Source: Squalus acanthias
Lineage: Eukaryota
Direction of reading: 5' to 3'
DNA length: 64,000 bases
NCBI GenBank assembly: GCA_030390025.1
Contig: CM059431.1
Span: 135,162,001 to 135,226,000 of the forward strand
The translations under genes were made by a program, and so were the position numbers. How positions within the stretch are numbered: the stretch's first letter is position 1; each line of letters starts with the position of its first letter. This document shows positions 35,720 to 48,694 of this stretch, one piece after another. The notes below the pieces were generated by a model that was not told where the DNA came from, did not search any database, and was given only the letters and a program-made list of their open reading frames with translations.

Positions 35720-36610
35720 ACTTCAACATTCCGATGGCTTGCTCTATGATGTACCTGGTGGTCATGTGACTCTCGTTATAGCACTCCTGTTTCTCATTGG
35801 TGGGGTTTTTCACAGGTGTCATGAACCAAGTTTGAAGTGGGTATCCCTTGTCTGCTTAAGTCTGCTTCCTGGAATGAAAAGTCTGCTTCTGCATCCTGTG
35901 CACCTCCCTCCTGTGCACCTCCCTCCTGCGCACCTCTCTCCTGCGTACCTCCCTCCCGTGCACCTCTCTCCTGCGTACCTCCCTCCTGTGCACCTCCCTC
36001 CCGTGCACCTCTCTCCTGCGTACCTCCCTCCTGTGCACCTCCCTCCCGTGCACCTCTCTCCTGCGTACCTCCCTCCTGTGCACCACTCTCCTGTGCACCT
36101 CACTCCTGCGTACCTCTCTCTTGTGCACCTCCCTCCTGTGCACCTCACTCCTGTGCACCTCTCTCCTGTGCACCTCCCTGTTGTGCACCTCTCTCCTGCA
36201 TACCTCTCCCCTGTGCACCTCCCTCCTGTGCACCACTCTCCTGTGCACCTCACTCCTGCGTACCTCTCTCTTGTGCACCTCCCTCCTGTGCACCTCCCTC
36301 CTGCGTACCTCCCTCCTGTGCATGTGCTGATACCAGCACAGCATGTAATCGCTGCCGTGCATGGTGATGGTCTTCCTCTTCTGATGTACAGTCAAACACA
36401 TCCAAAGCTTAGAAAAAGCTGCAGCAACTCAAGTACTCGCTGCCAAATGTTTGCCAGAGGGAACTGTGACACAAGCTGTAATAAGTGAGCTTTAGTTCAG
36501 ATGGGGCCCTCCTAAGTCTAAATATCCACCTGAACTATGGCTAAATCTCACCTCCATTTTACAGGTCAGTTTCCTGAGCCCTGGGAAAACCATGCTCCTT
36601 CTGTGCCATA
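35720..36610 (-). pseudogene. Internally deleted Harbinger transposase remnant containing a minisatellite
   Basis: Minus strand 35720-35855 reads [44 protein letters not shown]; 36322-36403 reads [14 protein letters not shown].., similar to the N-terminus at ~51075. Confidence 0.75.
35895..36322. repeat. 15-bp minisatellite (CCTGTGCACCTCCCT consensus), ~28 units
   Basis: Direct reading; variant units recur in higher-order blocks. Confidence 0.95.
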
Positions 36611-38480
36611 TGAGCACAAACTAGCGAAAAATATAAAAACGGATTGTAAAAGCTTCTATAGGTATGTGAAAAGGAAAAGACTGGCGAAGGTAAATGTAGG
36701 TCCTTTACAGTCAGAGATGGGAGAATTTATAATGGGGAATGAGGAAATGGCAGAGAAATTAAATAAATACTTTGTTTCTGTCTTCACGGAGGAAGACACA
36801 ACAAACCTCCCAGAAATACGAGAAAACCAAGGGTGTGGCGAGAATGAGGAACTTAAAGAAATTATTATTAGTAAAAAAACAGTACTAGCAAAACTAATGG
36901 GACTAAAAGTCAATAAATCCCAAGGATCAGATGACCTACATCCTAGGGTTTTGAAAGAGGCGGCCATTGGGATAGTGGATGCATTGGTTGTCATCTTCCA
37001 AAATTCTATAAATTCTGGAACGGTTCCTGCAGATTGGAGGATAGCAAATGTAACCTCGCTATTTAAGAAAGGAGGGAGAGAGAAAACGGGGAACTACAGA
37101 CCTGTTAGCCTCACATCAGTAGTTGGGAAAATGCTGGAACCTATTATAAAGGATGCAATAACTGGGCACTTAGAAACTAATAGTAAGATTGGGCAGAGTC
37201 AACATGGATTTATGAAGGGAAATCCTGTTTAACAAACCTATTGGAGTTCTTTGAGGATGTAACTAGTGGAGTAGACAAAGGGGAACCGGTAGATGTGGTG
37301 TATTTGAATTTTCAGAAGGCCTTCGATAAGGTCCCACACAAGAGGTTGGTGAATAGAATTAGGGCACATGGAATTGGGGGTAATATACTAGCATGGATTG
37401 AGAATTGGTTAACAGACAGAAAACAAAGAGTAGGGATAAATGGGTCTATTTCAAGATGGCAGACTGTGACTAGTGGGGTACCGCAAGGATTGGTGCTTGG
37501 GCCCTAGCTATTCACAAACTATATCAATGATTTGGATGAGGGGACTAAATGTAACATTTCCAAATTTGCTGATGATACAAAGCTAGGTGGCAGTGGCAGT
37601 TGTGAAGAAGATGTGGAGAGGCTTCAAGGGGATCTCGACAGGCTCAGTGAGTGGGCGAGAACATGGCAGATGGAATATAATGTGGATAAATGTGAAGTTA
37701 TCCACTTTGGTAGAAAAAACCGAAAGGCAGAGTATTTCCTAAATGGTGAAAGATTGGGAAATGCAGATGCTCAAAGGGACCTGGGAGTCCTTGCACATGA
37801 GTCACTGAGAGTGAATGTGCAGGTGCAGCAAACCAATAGGAAGGCAAATGGTATGCTGGCCTTCATTACAAGAGGATTTGAGTACAGGAGTAAAGAAGTC
37901 TTACTCCAATTATATAGGGCCTTGGTGAGACCACACCTGGAGTACTTACCTAAGGAAGGATATACTTGCCACAGAGGGAGTGCAACGAAGGTTCACGAGA
38001 TTGATTCCTGGGATGGCGGGACTGTCGTATAAGAAGAGATTGAGTAAACTAGGCCTGTATTCTCTTGAATTCAGAAGAATAAGAGGGGATCTCATTGAAG
38101 CATACAAAATTATTACAGGGCTTGATAGGGTGGATGCTGGGAGAATGTTTCCCTTGGCTGGGGAGTCTAGAACCAGGGGCCACAGCCTCAGGATAAAGGG
38201 TAGGCCATTCAGGACTGAGATGAGAAGAAATTTCTTCACACAGAGGGTGGTGAATCTTTGGAATTCTCTACCCCAGAGGGTTGTGGAGGCTCAGTCATTG
38301 GGTATATTCAAAACAGAAGTCGATAGATTTCTGACTAGTAAAGGCATCAAGGGATATGGCAATAGGGTGAACGGAGTTGAGGCAGAAGATCAGCCATGAT
38401 TTCATTGAATGGCGGAGCAGGCTCGAAGGGCCGAATAGCCTACTCCTGCTCCTATTTCTTATGTTCTTATGTTCTTATGT
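36610..38480 (+). mobile_element. 5'-truncated CR1 LINE
   Basis: RT pieces 36610-38399; (TTCTTATG)n tail. Confidence 0.93.
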
Positions 38481-38497
38481 GCCGTTATGACTCTATG

Positions 38498-41400
38498 GGG
38501 GAAAAATTCGGTTGGTTAGCGCCTCCCGTTAGCGCCTCTGGGGGGCGCTTACGGGGCGCTAGGAACTTAGCGCCCTAGTGCACCGATTTTAGCGCCGCTC
38601 GTGAAATTGACCAGTCATTTTGCGGCGGCGTTAAACACTACCGCCACGATCTCCTGTGCCCGCAGATTGTGACGTCAGTCAAGCGTGCAACACACCGGTA
38701 GTGCCCCAGACCGGATATTGAGTCACGCCCCCTGCCTTAGCGCCTGCTCATAGAGTCATAGAGTTATACAGCACGGATAGAGGCCCTTCGGCCCATCGTG
38801 TCCGCGCCGGCCATCAAGCCCTGTCTAATCTAATCCCATATTCCAGCATTTGGTCCGTAGCCTTGTATGCTATGGCATTTCAAGTGCTCATCCAAATGCT
38901 TCTTGAATGTTGTGAGGGTTCCTGCCTCCACAACCCTTGCAGGCCGTGAGTTCCAGACTCCAACCACCCTCTGGGTGAAAAAGTTCTTTCTCAAATCCCT
39001 TCTAAACCTCCCGCCCTTTACCTGGAATCTATGCCCCCTTGTTATTGACCCCTCTACTAAGGGAAAAAGCTCCTTAGTATCCATCCTATCTATGCCCCTC
39101 ATAATTTTGTACACCTCAATCATGTCCCCCCTCAGCCTCCTCTGCTCCAAGGAAAACAAACACAATCTGTCCAGTCTCTCTTCATAGCTGAAGCACTCCA
39201 GCCCGGGTAACATTCTGGTGAATCTCCTCTGCACCCTCTCCAAAGCGATCACATCCTTCCTGTAGTGTGGCGACCAGAACTGCACACAGTATTCCAGATG
39301 TGGCCTAACCAGTGTTTTATACAGCTCCATCATAACCTCCCTGCTCTTATATTCTATGCCTCGGCTAATGAATGCAAGTATCCCATATGCCGTTTTTACC
39401 ACCTTATCCACCTGTTCCGCCGCCTTCAGGGATCTGTGTACTTGCACACCAAGATCCCTCTGACCCTCCGTCTTGCCTAGGGTCTTACCATTCATTGTGT
39501 ATTCCCTTGCCTTGTTAGTCCCTCCAAAGTGCATCACCTCGCACTTTTCCGGATTAAATTCCATTTGCCACTGTTCCGCCCATCTGACCAACCCATCTAT
39601 ATCGTCCTGCAGACTGAGGCTACCCTCCTCGCTATTTACCACCCTACCAATTTTTGTATCATCCGCGACCTTACTGATCATACCTTTTACATTCATATCC
39701 AAGTCGTTAATGTAGACCACAAACAGCAAGGGACCCAGCACCGATCCCTGTAGTACCCCACTGGCCACAGGCTTCCAGTCACAAAAACAACCTTCGACCA
39801 TCACCCTCTGCCTTCTGCCACTGAGCCAGTTTTGTATCCAATGTGCCAAGGCACCCTGGATTCCATGGGCTCTTACCTTCTTGACCAGTCTCCTGTGCGG
39901 GACTTTATCGAATGCCTTACTGAAATCCATGTATACCACATCCACTGCGTTACCCTCATCCACACACCTAGTCACCCCCTCAAAAAATTCAATCAAATTA
40001 GTCAGACATGATCTTCCCTTGACAAAGCCATGTTGGCTAACCCTGATTAATCCTTGCCTCTCCAAGTGGAGACTGATTTTGTCCCTCAGAATTTTTTCCA
40101 ATAATTTTCCTACCACTGATGTTAGGCTCACTGGCCTGTAGTTCCCGGTTTTTCCCTACTCCCTTTCTTGAATAATGGTACTACATTAGCGGTTCTCCAG
40201 TCCTCTGGCAGATCCCCTGTGGCCAGAGAGGTTCTGAATATATGTGTTAGAGCCCCCGCAATCTCCTCCTTTGCCTCACACAGCAGCCTGGGATACATTT
40301 CGTCCGGACCTGGGGATTTATCCATTTTTAGACCTGCTAAAACCGCCAATACCTCCTCCCTCTCGATGTTAAAATGTTCGAGTATATCACAGTCCCCCTG
40401 CCCTAATTTTATGTCTGCATCGTCCTTCTCCATAGTGAAAACAGATGCAAAAAATTCATTTAGAACCCCACCTACATCTTCCGGCTCCACACACAGATTG
40501 CCACTTTTGTCCCTAATGGGCCCTATTTTTTCCCTAGTTATGCCTTATCCTATTAAAATCGGCCTTCCCCCAATTTAGAACCTGTATTTCCGGCCCATCC
40601 CTGTCCTTTTCCATGACCACCTTAAATCTCACCGTATTATGGTCACTGTCACCAAAGTGCTCACCTACTAGCACTTCTTCCACTTGGCCGGCCACATTCC
40701 CTAGAATTAGGTCCAGTACCGCCCCCTCTCTTGTAGGACTTTCTACATGCTGGCTCAAAAAGCTCTCCTGGATGCACTTTAAGAATTTTGAACCCTCTAA
40801 GCCTTTCACACTCTGACTATCCCAGTTAATATTGGGGAAGTTGAAATCCCCCATTATTATTACCCTATTATTTGCACATTTCTCTGAGATTTGCCTACAT
40901 ATCTGTTCCTCTATCTCCCCCTGACTGTTTGGGGGCCTATAGTACGCTCCCAGCAAAGTGCTTGCCCCCTTTTTGTTTTTAAGCTCCACCCATTGGAGGA
41001 ACCTGCTAATATATCATCCCTCCTTATGGCAGTAATTGATTCCTTAATTAATATTCGGAATATTGAGCAGCCAGTCTTGCCCCTCCCTCAACCATGTCTC
41101 CGTGATAGCAACAATATCATACTCCCATGTGTTTATCAACACCTTCAGTTCATCCACCTTATTCGCTAGACTCCTTGCATTAAAATAGATGCCTTCCAGC
41201 CTTGCTCTTACATGTTTGCCCTGTCTTCCAAGCTGACTTGTTTTTTTCTCTATATTTGACTGTACATCACCCCCTATTGTAGCTCCACTCTGAATCCCAT
41301 CCCCCTGCCAAGTTAGTTTAAACCCCCCACAACAGTGCTAGCAAACCTCCCCGCAAGGATATTTGTCCCGCTCTGGTTCAGGTGCAAACCGTCCGACTTG

Positions 41401-42197
41401 TACAAGTCCCACCTTCCCCAGAAGCAGGCCCAGTGATCCAGGAAACTAAAACCCTCCCTCCTGCACCAACTCTTTAGCCACGCATTCATCTGCTCTATCC
41501 TCCTATTCCTACACTCACTAGCACGTGGCACTGGGAGTAATCCAGAGATTACAACCTTTGAGGTCCTGCTCTTTAATCTGCTGCCTAGCTCCCTAAATTC
41601 TTGATGCAGGACCTCATCCCCCTTCCTACCTATGTCGTTGGTCCCAATGCTAGGAACGACAGGTAGAGGGGAACGTTTTCAAGTCGGGAAGGGGCTGGGG
41701 GAGCGCTTTTTAAAGGCGGGCGCTTCCTGCCTTTTCTTGTCGCAAAATTTTTGGTTTTAACGCTGTCCTAAGGAGTTTTGGCCCTCAGCACCACTTTTGA
41801 GGTTCCTAAGCGCCGAGCTCTTTCCCTGGGCCTATCCATTAGTGCTTCCAACACAATTGCTTTTGAGGTCTCTCCAGGCCGTGATTCAAGGCTACAATGA
41901 GTAGGGTGTGGCTGGCCAGCAAGATGGCCCCTCCCCTTTAAGAACTGGACGCGCCAGTGTCTCTGGCTTCCATGGTAATTGGCATCGCCTGAGCTTCGTT
42001 AGCGTTCTCAGGTAGCGCCTCACTCCCTGATGTTTGCACCTTAAGAGAGGTGTGTAGCGCCTAATTTAGCGCTCAAATCACCTCATGGGACGATAGAGGC
42101 GAATTTTGCAGTCGGAGGCGATAATTAGCGTCGGTCGCTAAACTTTGCACCCGGCCGATATTAGCGCCCCAAAATGGGCAATATCCAATTTTCCCCC
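38498..42197. mobile_element. MITE family A copy expanded by a nested CR1
   Basis: GGGGAAAAATTCGGTT / ATCCAATTTTCCCCC; TSD ATG; halves 38498-38748 and 41650-42197 match 53536-54271. Confidence 0.82.
38749..41649 (-). mobile_element. CR1 LINE (different subfamily; RT open over 433 codons, APE and ORF1 esterase end disrupted)
   Basis: ORFs 38830-40131, 40128-40490, 40534-40989, 41313-41531; (ACTCTATG)n tail. Confidence 0.95.
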
Positions 42198-42780
42198 ATG
42201 ACTCTAAGTCAAATCCAATTCAAAAATACCTCATTAACATCTCCGAAGGACGTTAGTTGCTTTGATAAGAATCCACCCGCCGGCACTAATTAATGTCCAC
42301 ACTTTGGCGAGTAGTTTACTTGCAGGCATCCCTAGGTGGCTCCGTTATACCCGGATGTTGGTGCGTTGGAGCTGGGTTGCAGTAGCGATGTAAAATTAAC
42401 TTATTTTAATGACCCAACCCACCTGTTCTTGGGGGTTAAAATTCCCCTCTTTGTGTTCAATATAATCCTTACCATAAAGTCCTTTGCCACATGTTCCACT
42501 ATTTGCAGCTTTGGAGGGAATGGCCAGAGGAACCTCTAATGGGGTCAGAGAAGCCATCGGTTTCTTGCAGCAGCAAGCTATGATTCTTGACTTTTCCTCC
42601 TAGTTCTGCTGTTTTCAGTCCAAACTCTTAATGCCACAGATGGTCAGGGTACATTTTTCACAGTATTCTCAGCCAGATATTATGCAAAACTGTAATTAAG
42701 AGAATCCATAGCATGTTTCACTGCACATCTCATTTTAAATATAGTTGCTTTCAACCCATCTAGTGCAGACAGGAAAACTG

Positions 42781-43120
42781 GCCCTGGCTCAGTTGGTAGC
42801 ACTCTTGCGTCTGAGTTCAAGTCCCACTCCAGAGACTGGAGCACAAAAATCTCGGCTGACACTCCAGTGCAGTGCTGAGGGAGTGCAGCACTGTCAGAGG
42901 TGCCGTCTTTCGGATGAGACGTTAAACCGAGGTTCCCGTCTGCTCTCTCAGGTGGACGTAAAAGATACTATGGCACTATTTCGAAGAAGAGCAGGGGAGT
43001 TATCCCCAGTGACCTGGCTAATATTTATCCCTCAAACATAACAAAAACAGATTATTTGTTTATTATCATATTGCTGTTTGTGGGACCTACATTACAACAG
43101 TGATTACATATCTACAACAG
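42781..43120 (+). mobile_element. Deu-domain SINE (SacSINE1-like), 3' decayed
   Basis: TGGCTCAGTTGGTAGCAC (A box) .. GAGTTCAAGTCCC (B box); same body as 3513-3920. Confidence 0.8.
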
Positions 43121-43273
43121 TATGTGGAATTGACGTTAAAACATTCTGCTTTCTGTATATATGTGAAGATTAACAGAATATATTATTCAATCATAGATTT
43201 AAAGAAACACATTAATGTCTAGACAGGAGGTTATACTGTTAACAATATGCTTCTTTAAGATTCAAGAGTCATT

Positions 43274-45178
43274 GGCTCCAATATTAGCTTGGAGGCAGGG
43301 AGGGAGCGGTTGGGGCTGGGGGCGGGGGGGCTGCTGTTTTGTGGTCGGGAAACCCAGGAGAACAGGTTTCCCTCAGGTCTTGCTGAATTTAATGGCAGGA
43401 CCTGATTAATATTTTTTGTCTGTGTTTCCCAGCCGCAACCAGCCAAATTGAAAGCCAGGCTGGCGGGTAAGCCTTGGCATCAGACCACAGCCGGGGAGCA
43501 GAGAGGAGGGAGTGAGGGATTGGAAAGGCTGGAGGGGAGATCAGCGGCATCGTGGGGGAGAGATCGGAGGCCGGAGTGGAAATAGGCGACGTCGGTGGGG
43601 GAGATCGAAAGACGGAGGGGAGATTGGAGGCATCGCAATGTGGTGGGAGAATTGAGGTCGGAGGGAAGATCGGAAGGGTCGTGGGGGGTTGTGATTGAAG
43701 GCTAGAAGGTTAGATCAGAGGCGTTGGGCCGGGGAGATCAGAAGGATCGGGAGGGGATTGGATGCCGTAGCTGGGAAGCGTAGAGGAGGGTCAGAGGAAT
43801 CGGAAGACTGGGGGTGGGGGGGCAGGTGGGAAATCGAGGCTCAGGGGTGGGGGGGGCGGGGGATGGTGGTGGTTGCTCATGGGGGTGTAGAGGGGCCGGA
43901 TGCAGATAAGCTGGATCAGCTGCCAGATTTCCCGGGCCTCGGGAAACCCAGCAGACCAAGGTTAAATTTAAAATGGAGAATAAATCGGAGGCATGCAGCC
44001 TCATTATAATGTGTAAATGAGGCACCCAGCTCCTGGGAGTGGGTTATAAGAACATAAGAAATAGGAGCAGGAGTAGGCCAATCGGCCCCTTGAGCCTGCT
44101 CCGCCATTCAATAAGATCATGGTTGATCTGATCCTCACCTCAAATCTAAAGAACACAAGAAGTAGGAGCAGGACCCGGCCACCCACAAAAAAACACTCCC
44201 CGTAACCCCTAATTCCCTTTACTTCTAGGAAACTGTCTATTTCTGTTTTAAATTTATTTAATGATGTAGCTTCCACAGCTTCCTGGGGCAGCAAATTCCA
44301 CAGACCTACTACCCTCTGAGTGAAGAAGTTTCTCCTCATCTCAGTTTTGAAAGAGCAGCCCCTTATTCTAAGATTATGCCCCCTAGTTCTAGTTTCACCC
44401 ATCCTTGGGAACATCCTTACCGCATCCACCCGATCAAGCCCCTTCACAATCTTATATGTTTCAATAAGATCGCCTCTCATTCTTCTGAACTCCAATGAGT
44501 AGAGTCCCAATCTACTCAACCTCTCCTCGTATGTCCACTCCCTCATCCCGGGGACTAACCGAGTGAACCTTCTTTGTACTGCCTCGAGAGCAAGTATGTC
44601 TTTTCTTAAGTATGGACACCAAAACTGTATGCAGTATTCCAGATGCGGTCTCACCAATACCTTATATAACTGCAGCAATACCTCCCTGTTTTTATAATCT
44701 ATCCCCCTAGCAATAAAAGCCAACATTCCGTTGGCCTTCTTGATCACCTGCTGCACCTGCATACTAACTTTTTGATTTTCTTGCACTAGGACCCCCAGAT
44801 CCCTTTGTACTGCAGTACTTTCCAGTTTCTCGCCATTAAGATAATAACTTGCTCTCTGATTTTTCCTGCCAAAGTGCATAACCTCACATTTTCCAATATT
44901 GTATTGCATCTGCCAAATCTCTGCCCACTCACCCAGCTTGTCTATATCCCCTTGTAGGTTTTTTATGTCCTCCTCACTTTCTACTTTCCCTCCCATCTTT
45001 GTATCATCTGCAAACTTTGATATGTTACACTAGGGTTGGTCACTCACCCCTCCTCCCGCCTTTGTTAAAACCAGAAGTGGGCGGGTTCAATGTGGATTGG
45101 GGTCGGGTTTGAGAATTTTAATGTTTTAAATCCCACCCAACCTAAACCCACCTGTTTTTGAGGGTTAAAATTCCCCTC
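43274..45178 (-). mobile_element. MITE family C copy with nested CR1
   Basis: GGCTCCAATATT / AAAATTCCCCTC; TSD ATT; reverse complement of 28825-29583. Confidence 0.8.
44046..45030 (-). mobile_element. 5'-truncated CR1 LINE
   Basis: ORF 44004-44996 is the RT C-terminal half; tail at 44046. Confidence 0.92.
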
Positions 45179-46640
45179 ATTGTGATTTTTATAATCTATT
45201 CCCATTCGCCCAGGAAAATAGTATGTAGTGTTATGGTATGTGCTTATTAATTACTTGCTGTAAAATTGGTTAGTTATTTCCTTCAGTGAATGATTTTTGT
45301 TGCTCAAGGTAAACAATTAGGGACCTCTTAAATATAATTGTTATTAGCATGGAGCAATCAAATATTCACTGAGTGTATAGATTTTTTTTCTTTGGACTCA
45401 TGAGTAAAGAGGCAGCTTGATGTAGCACTAAGGCTAATAAACGGGTTTGAATCTCAATCTTCGCAGACCTCTGCTCGGGCAGCACCTGGGTGCTATCATT
45501 GGCCTCAGCTAGAAAACTGAAATACGCAGCCAGGGTTCTTGCTACAGTGATTCCTGCTGGCAATTGTGCATCTGTGGATGCTAGATGGGCTTGGCTGTGT
45601 TTTATCTCATGGGTGAACAAACAGTTGACATTCATTATCTAAGAGCTCCCTCCAAAGCTGTAGATAGAGGAGAGGAGAGGAGATGAGACACCTTTTCATA
45701 TGTATATATGTGACTATCTATTGAAATGTGATTTGAAGCTTGTTACAGACAGCAAAGTTCTGCAAAACATAGTGAAATTGTGTATCTGACTGCAGATATG
45801 TAATAAGTAATTTGTTGTAAGCTGTGAATTGTAGACCAGGCTGTCCCATTATTGACCTCTTAAAAAGAGCCTACAATCTTACAGGCCTGGATATAAACAG
45901 GGGCGAGTTACGTAGGCGGGGGGCGGAGTTTCAGATGGGAAACCCAGAAGTCCGGGTTTCTCCACATGCTGTGGAGTAACCCGTCCCTGTTAACTCCACA
46001 GCAAGTGTCTTTGGAACTTGACAGGTTCCCCGCCTGGAAGTCAGCCTTATTGACGGGCTTGGCCTCCAGTCGGGCGGGGATGACTCAGGCCGCAGGAGCA
46101 GGTAGGTCCGATCCACGACCCCGGGAGTGAGGGGGGGGGTCCAATCCTGGGGTTGGGCGTCCGATCCCTGACCCTGGGGGTCTTTGTATGGGGGGGGGGG
46201 GGTCTGATGGGGAGCTTGTGGGGCCAGGGGGAAGTACACCTGCTCCTCCTGGCCCACAAGCAGTGCTGTAAAGGTACTTACCTTCTCCCCAAAGCTGTCC
46301 TCACCTCCCTTCAGCTGCTGGGTTTACTGAGGCCTGGGAAACCCAGCCAGCCACTGTTAAACTGGCAGGGCAGGTTAAATCAGAGGCTGCCAGCCTCATT
46401 AAAATACTCAAAATGCCAACCTGCCTCCTGGGAGTGGGTTGGCTGCTCATACCTTTCCTGCCTCCATTAAACCCGGAATTGGACTGGTTGGAGGCAGGTT
46501 TAAAAAAAATATATTTGTTTTTATGGGATGTGGGTATCGCTGGCAAAGCCAGCATATATTTCCCATCCCTAATTGCCCTTGAGAAGGTGGTGGTGAGCCA
46601 CCTTCTTGAACCACTGCAGTCCGTGTGGTGAAGGTACTTC

Positions 46641-48546
46641 TGAAGGGATAATTACAAGTCCTAGCCCTTCTCGGGTCACCCCAGATCAGGCGTATTCCCC
46701 AGACGTTCCCTTTCGACTAAAGTTAGAGATAGACGAATCCTATAAGACGCTTAATTGGGTCTAAAGGTTCAGACTATCTCTCCCTAAAGGAAAGGAATGG
46801 CCTGAAGATATTACCGTCCTCCAGATAGCACTTTTAATAAGTTTAACTAGACTGTAACCTTCCGGATATTATGAGGGTCCAGTAAACCCCCCCAGAATTC
46901 TGCAACTCCTCACAAAAGAGTGTACAGAGATTGAGTTTGTGAGGTTGATACAAAAATTACACTGAGACAATTCTAAAAATATATAGATTTATTAAAGAAC
47001 CGACATGTAGTTAACAGCTGTTGAGTCAATCGCAACTTTAACAGTTCAAAATACAAATAGCTTACATTTCTTATTCTCAGAGATCCTTATTCTCAAATCT
47101 TAACTTCGTTACATTTTTACATTTCTACTTATTCTTAATCCAGAATATCCACCGAAATCAAATAAAAGTACCATTTGATCCCTGAGACTCAAAGAGTTAA
47201 AAACTTACAGAGCCTGCCTCTGAAGTTAAGAATCGCTTGCCCTTTCCAGCGACTTCTGTTTTCCCATTTGAAAATCCCATATCTTATACTCTTTTTGCAG
47301 TGGTATCTCCTTTGAAGTTTTCTGCTGATGTAAGCTAATTATCTTTAGTCATTCTTTCTGTTGACTTCTTTCTACTCTTACTGTCAATTCAGCTGTTAAC
47401 TTGCAGAATTCTGTCTCTACGTTTAGGTGTTCAAATCTTATCTTAAAAACAATTTGACAGTAGTTTTTTATTTGATGCCATTCTTAGCAAGGCCTTCTAT
47501 TGAATTCTAAACCACCTCAGCTGCTTGTAACCCAGACTTCGCGTCTCCCAACTGTTCCAAGTTCAATACAAAAACCATGTGATTGCTTGGTGCATCTATT
47601 AATGTAATATTTACAAAGTCTTCTGTTTGTACCTTTTACAATATGTAAATCAAAAACACTTCAACTAGGGTGTTCAATGCATTTCTTAGCTACTTCAATT
47701 GGTTGTACCAAGAATTATGTCTCCTGTCTTTCATTTGATGCCATATTTATCAAAGGCACTTGGTTCTTTAATGTTCTGTGTTCCTGTTCGAAGTGTTATT
47801 TTTTAACACTTTAAACTGGGTATAGCTATTGTGTTGGTTCCAAACTGCAGACTTCTTGGACCCAACTCGGCAACACGGTGGCATAGTGGTTAGCACTGTT
47901 GCCTCACAGCGCCAGGGACCCGGGTTCAAATCTGACCTCGGGTGACTGTCTGTGTGGAGTTTGCACATTCTCCCCGTGTCTGCGTGGGTTTCCTCCGGGT
48001 GCTCCGGTTTCCTCCCACAGTCCAAAAATGTGCGGGTTAGGTTGATTTAGGCTATGATAAATTGACCCTTAGTGTTAGGGGGGGATTAAATATGTGGGGT
48101 TATGGGGATAGGATGGGATATGTTAGGGGGAATTAAATACGTGGGGTTACGGGGGTAGGGTGGGATATGTGTACTGTGGGGATTAAAGCAGGGGACAGGG
48201 TACTGGATTTGGATGATCAGCCATGATCGTATTGAATGGTGGAGCAGGCTCGACGGGCCGAATGGCCTACTCCTGCTCCTAGATTCTATGTTTCTATGTT
48301 TCTATGTTTAACTCTTTGCTTCTTCAATAGAGCCATTGTCTCAGTGTTAACAACCATTTCCCATTTCAAAAACTTGTATGATGTTTACAGCTTTGTGTTA
48401 ACAAGCTCATCTTATCTCAGAAGCCTGTATTTACAGCTTTGTCATTGAGGCTTTTAGATTTTTAAACCCAGTTTGTCATATTTTAATGAAGTCAAATTCT
48501 GTTCATAGGATGGTGTATTTTTCTGAAATATGGCTATTCCTTTACA
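46641..48546 (-). mobile_element. Long solo LTR (~1.46 kb without the nested SINE)
   Basis: TGAAGGGATA...TATTCCTTTACA termini; 4-bp TSD CTTC (46637-46640, 48547-48550); minus-strand AATAAA 46988-46993. Confidence 0.75.
47869..48309 (+). mobile_element. V-domain SINE (HE1-like) with CR1-derived tail
   Basis: tRNA head (GTGGCATAGTGG, GGTTCAAATC); V-domain GTGTGGAGTTTGCACATTCTCCCCGTGTCTGCGTGGGTTTCCTCCGGG; CR1 3' UTR with (TTTCTATG)n; TSD AACTC. Confidence 0.9.
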
Positions 48547-48694
48547 CTTCCACAGTGCTGTTAGGGAGGAAGTTCCAGGATTTTGACCCAGCGACGATGA
48601 GGTTGCGGTTGTGTTTCAGATTTTTAACATTTTAACCTCTGACCCAACCCCAACCTATCTGTTTTTGGGTGTTAAAATACACCCCATAGTATTT

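Larger units (their letters stand above)
46510..48600 (-). mobile_element. Short LINE 3' end (CR1/L2 group) split by a solo LTR
   Basis: Minus strand LQWFKKVAHHHLLKGN*; halves 46510-46640 and 48547-48600 join at CTTC. Confidence 0.65.
45884..48685. mobile_element. Harbinger-type MITE hosting a LINE fragment > solo LTR > SINE nest
   Basis: GGCCTGGATATA / AAAATACACCCC; flanks ACA/ATA; right end resembles family C. Confidence 0.65.

Noticed and set aside
35739..36488. 249-aa Pro/His-rich ORF and overlapping repeat ORFs on both strands
   Set aside because: Products of a 15-bp minisatellite embedded in a transposase remnant
38830..40131. Active, intact CR1
   Set aside because: Upstream ORF2 is frameshifted and deleted, and ORF1 is 5'-truncated
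45400..45650. Possible ancient SINE remnant
   Set aside because: Too degenerate to delimit or name by eye
47869..47945. tRNA gene
   Set aside because: It is the head of a SINE, followed by V-domain, CR1 tail and TSD; likewise the head at 42781
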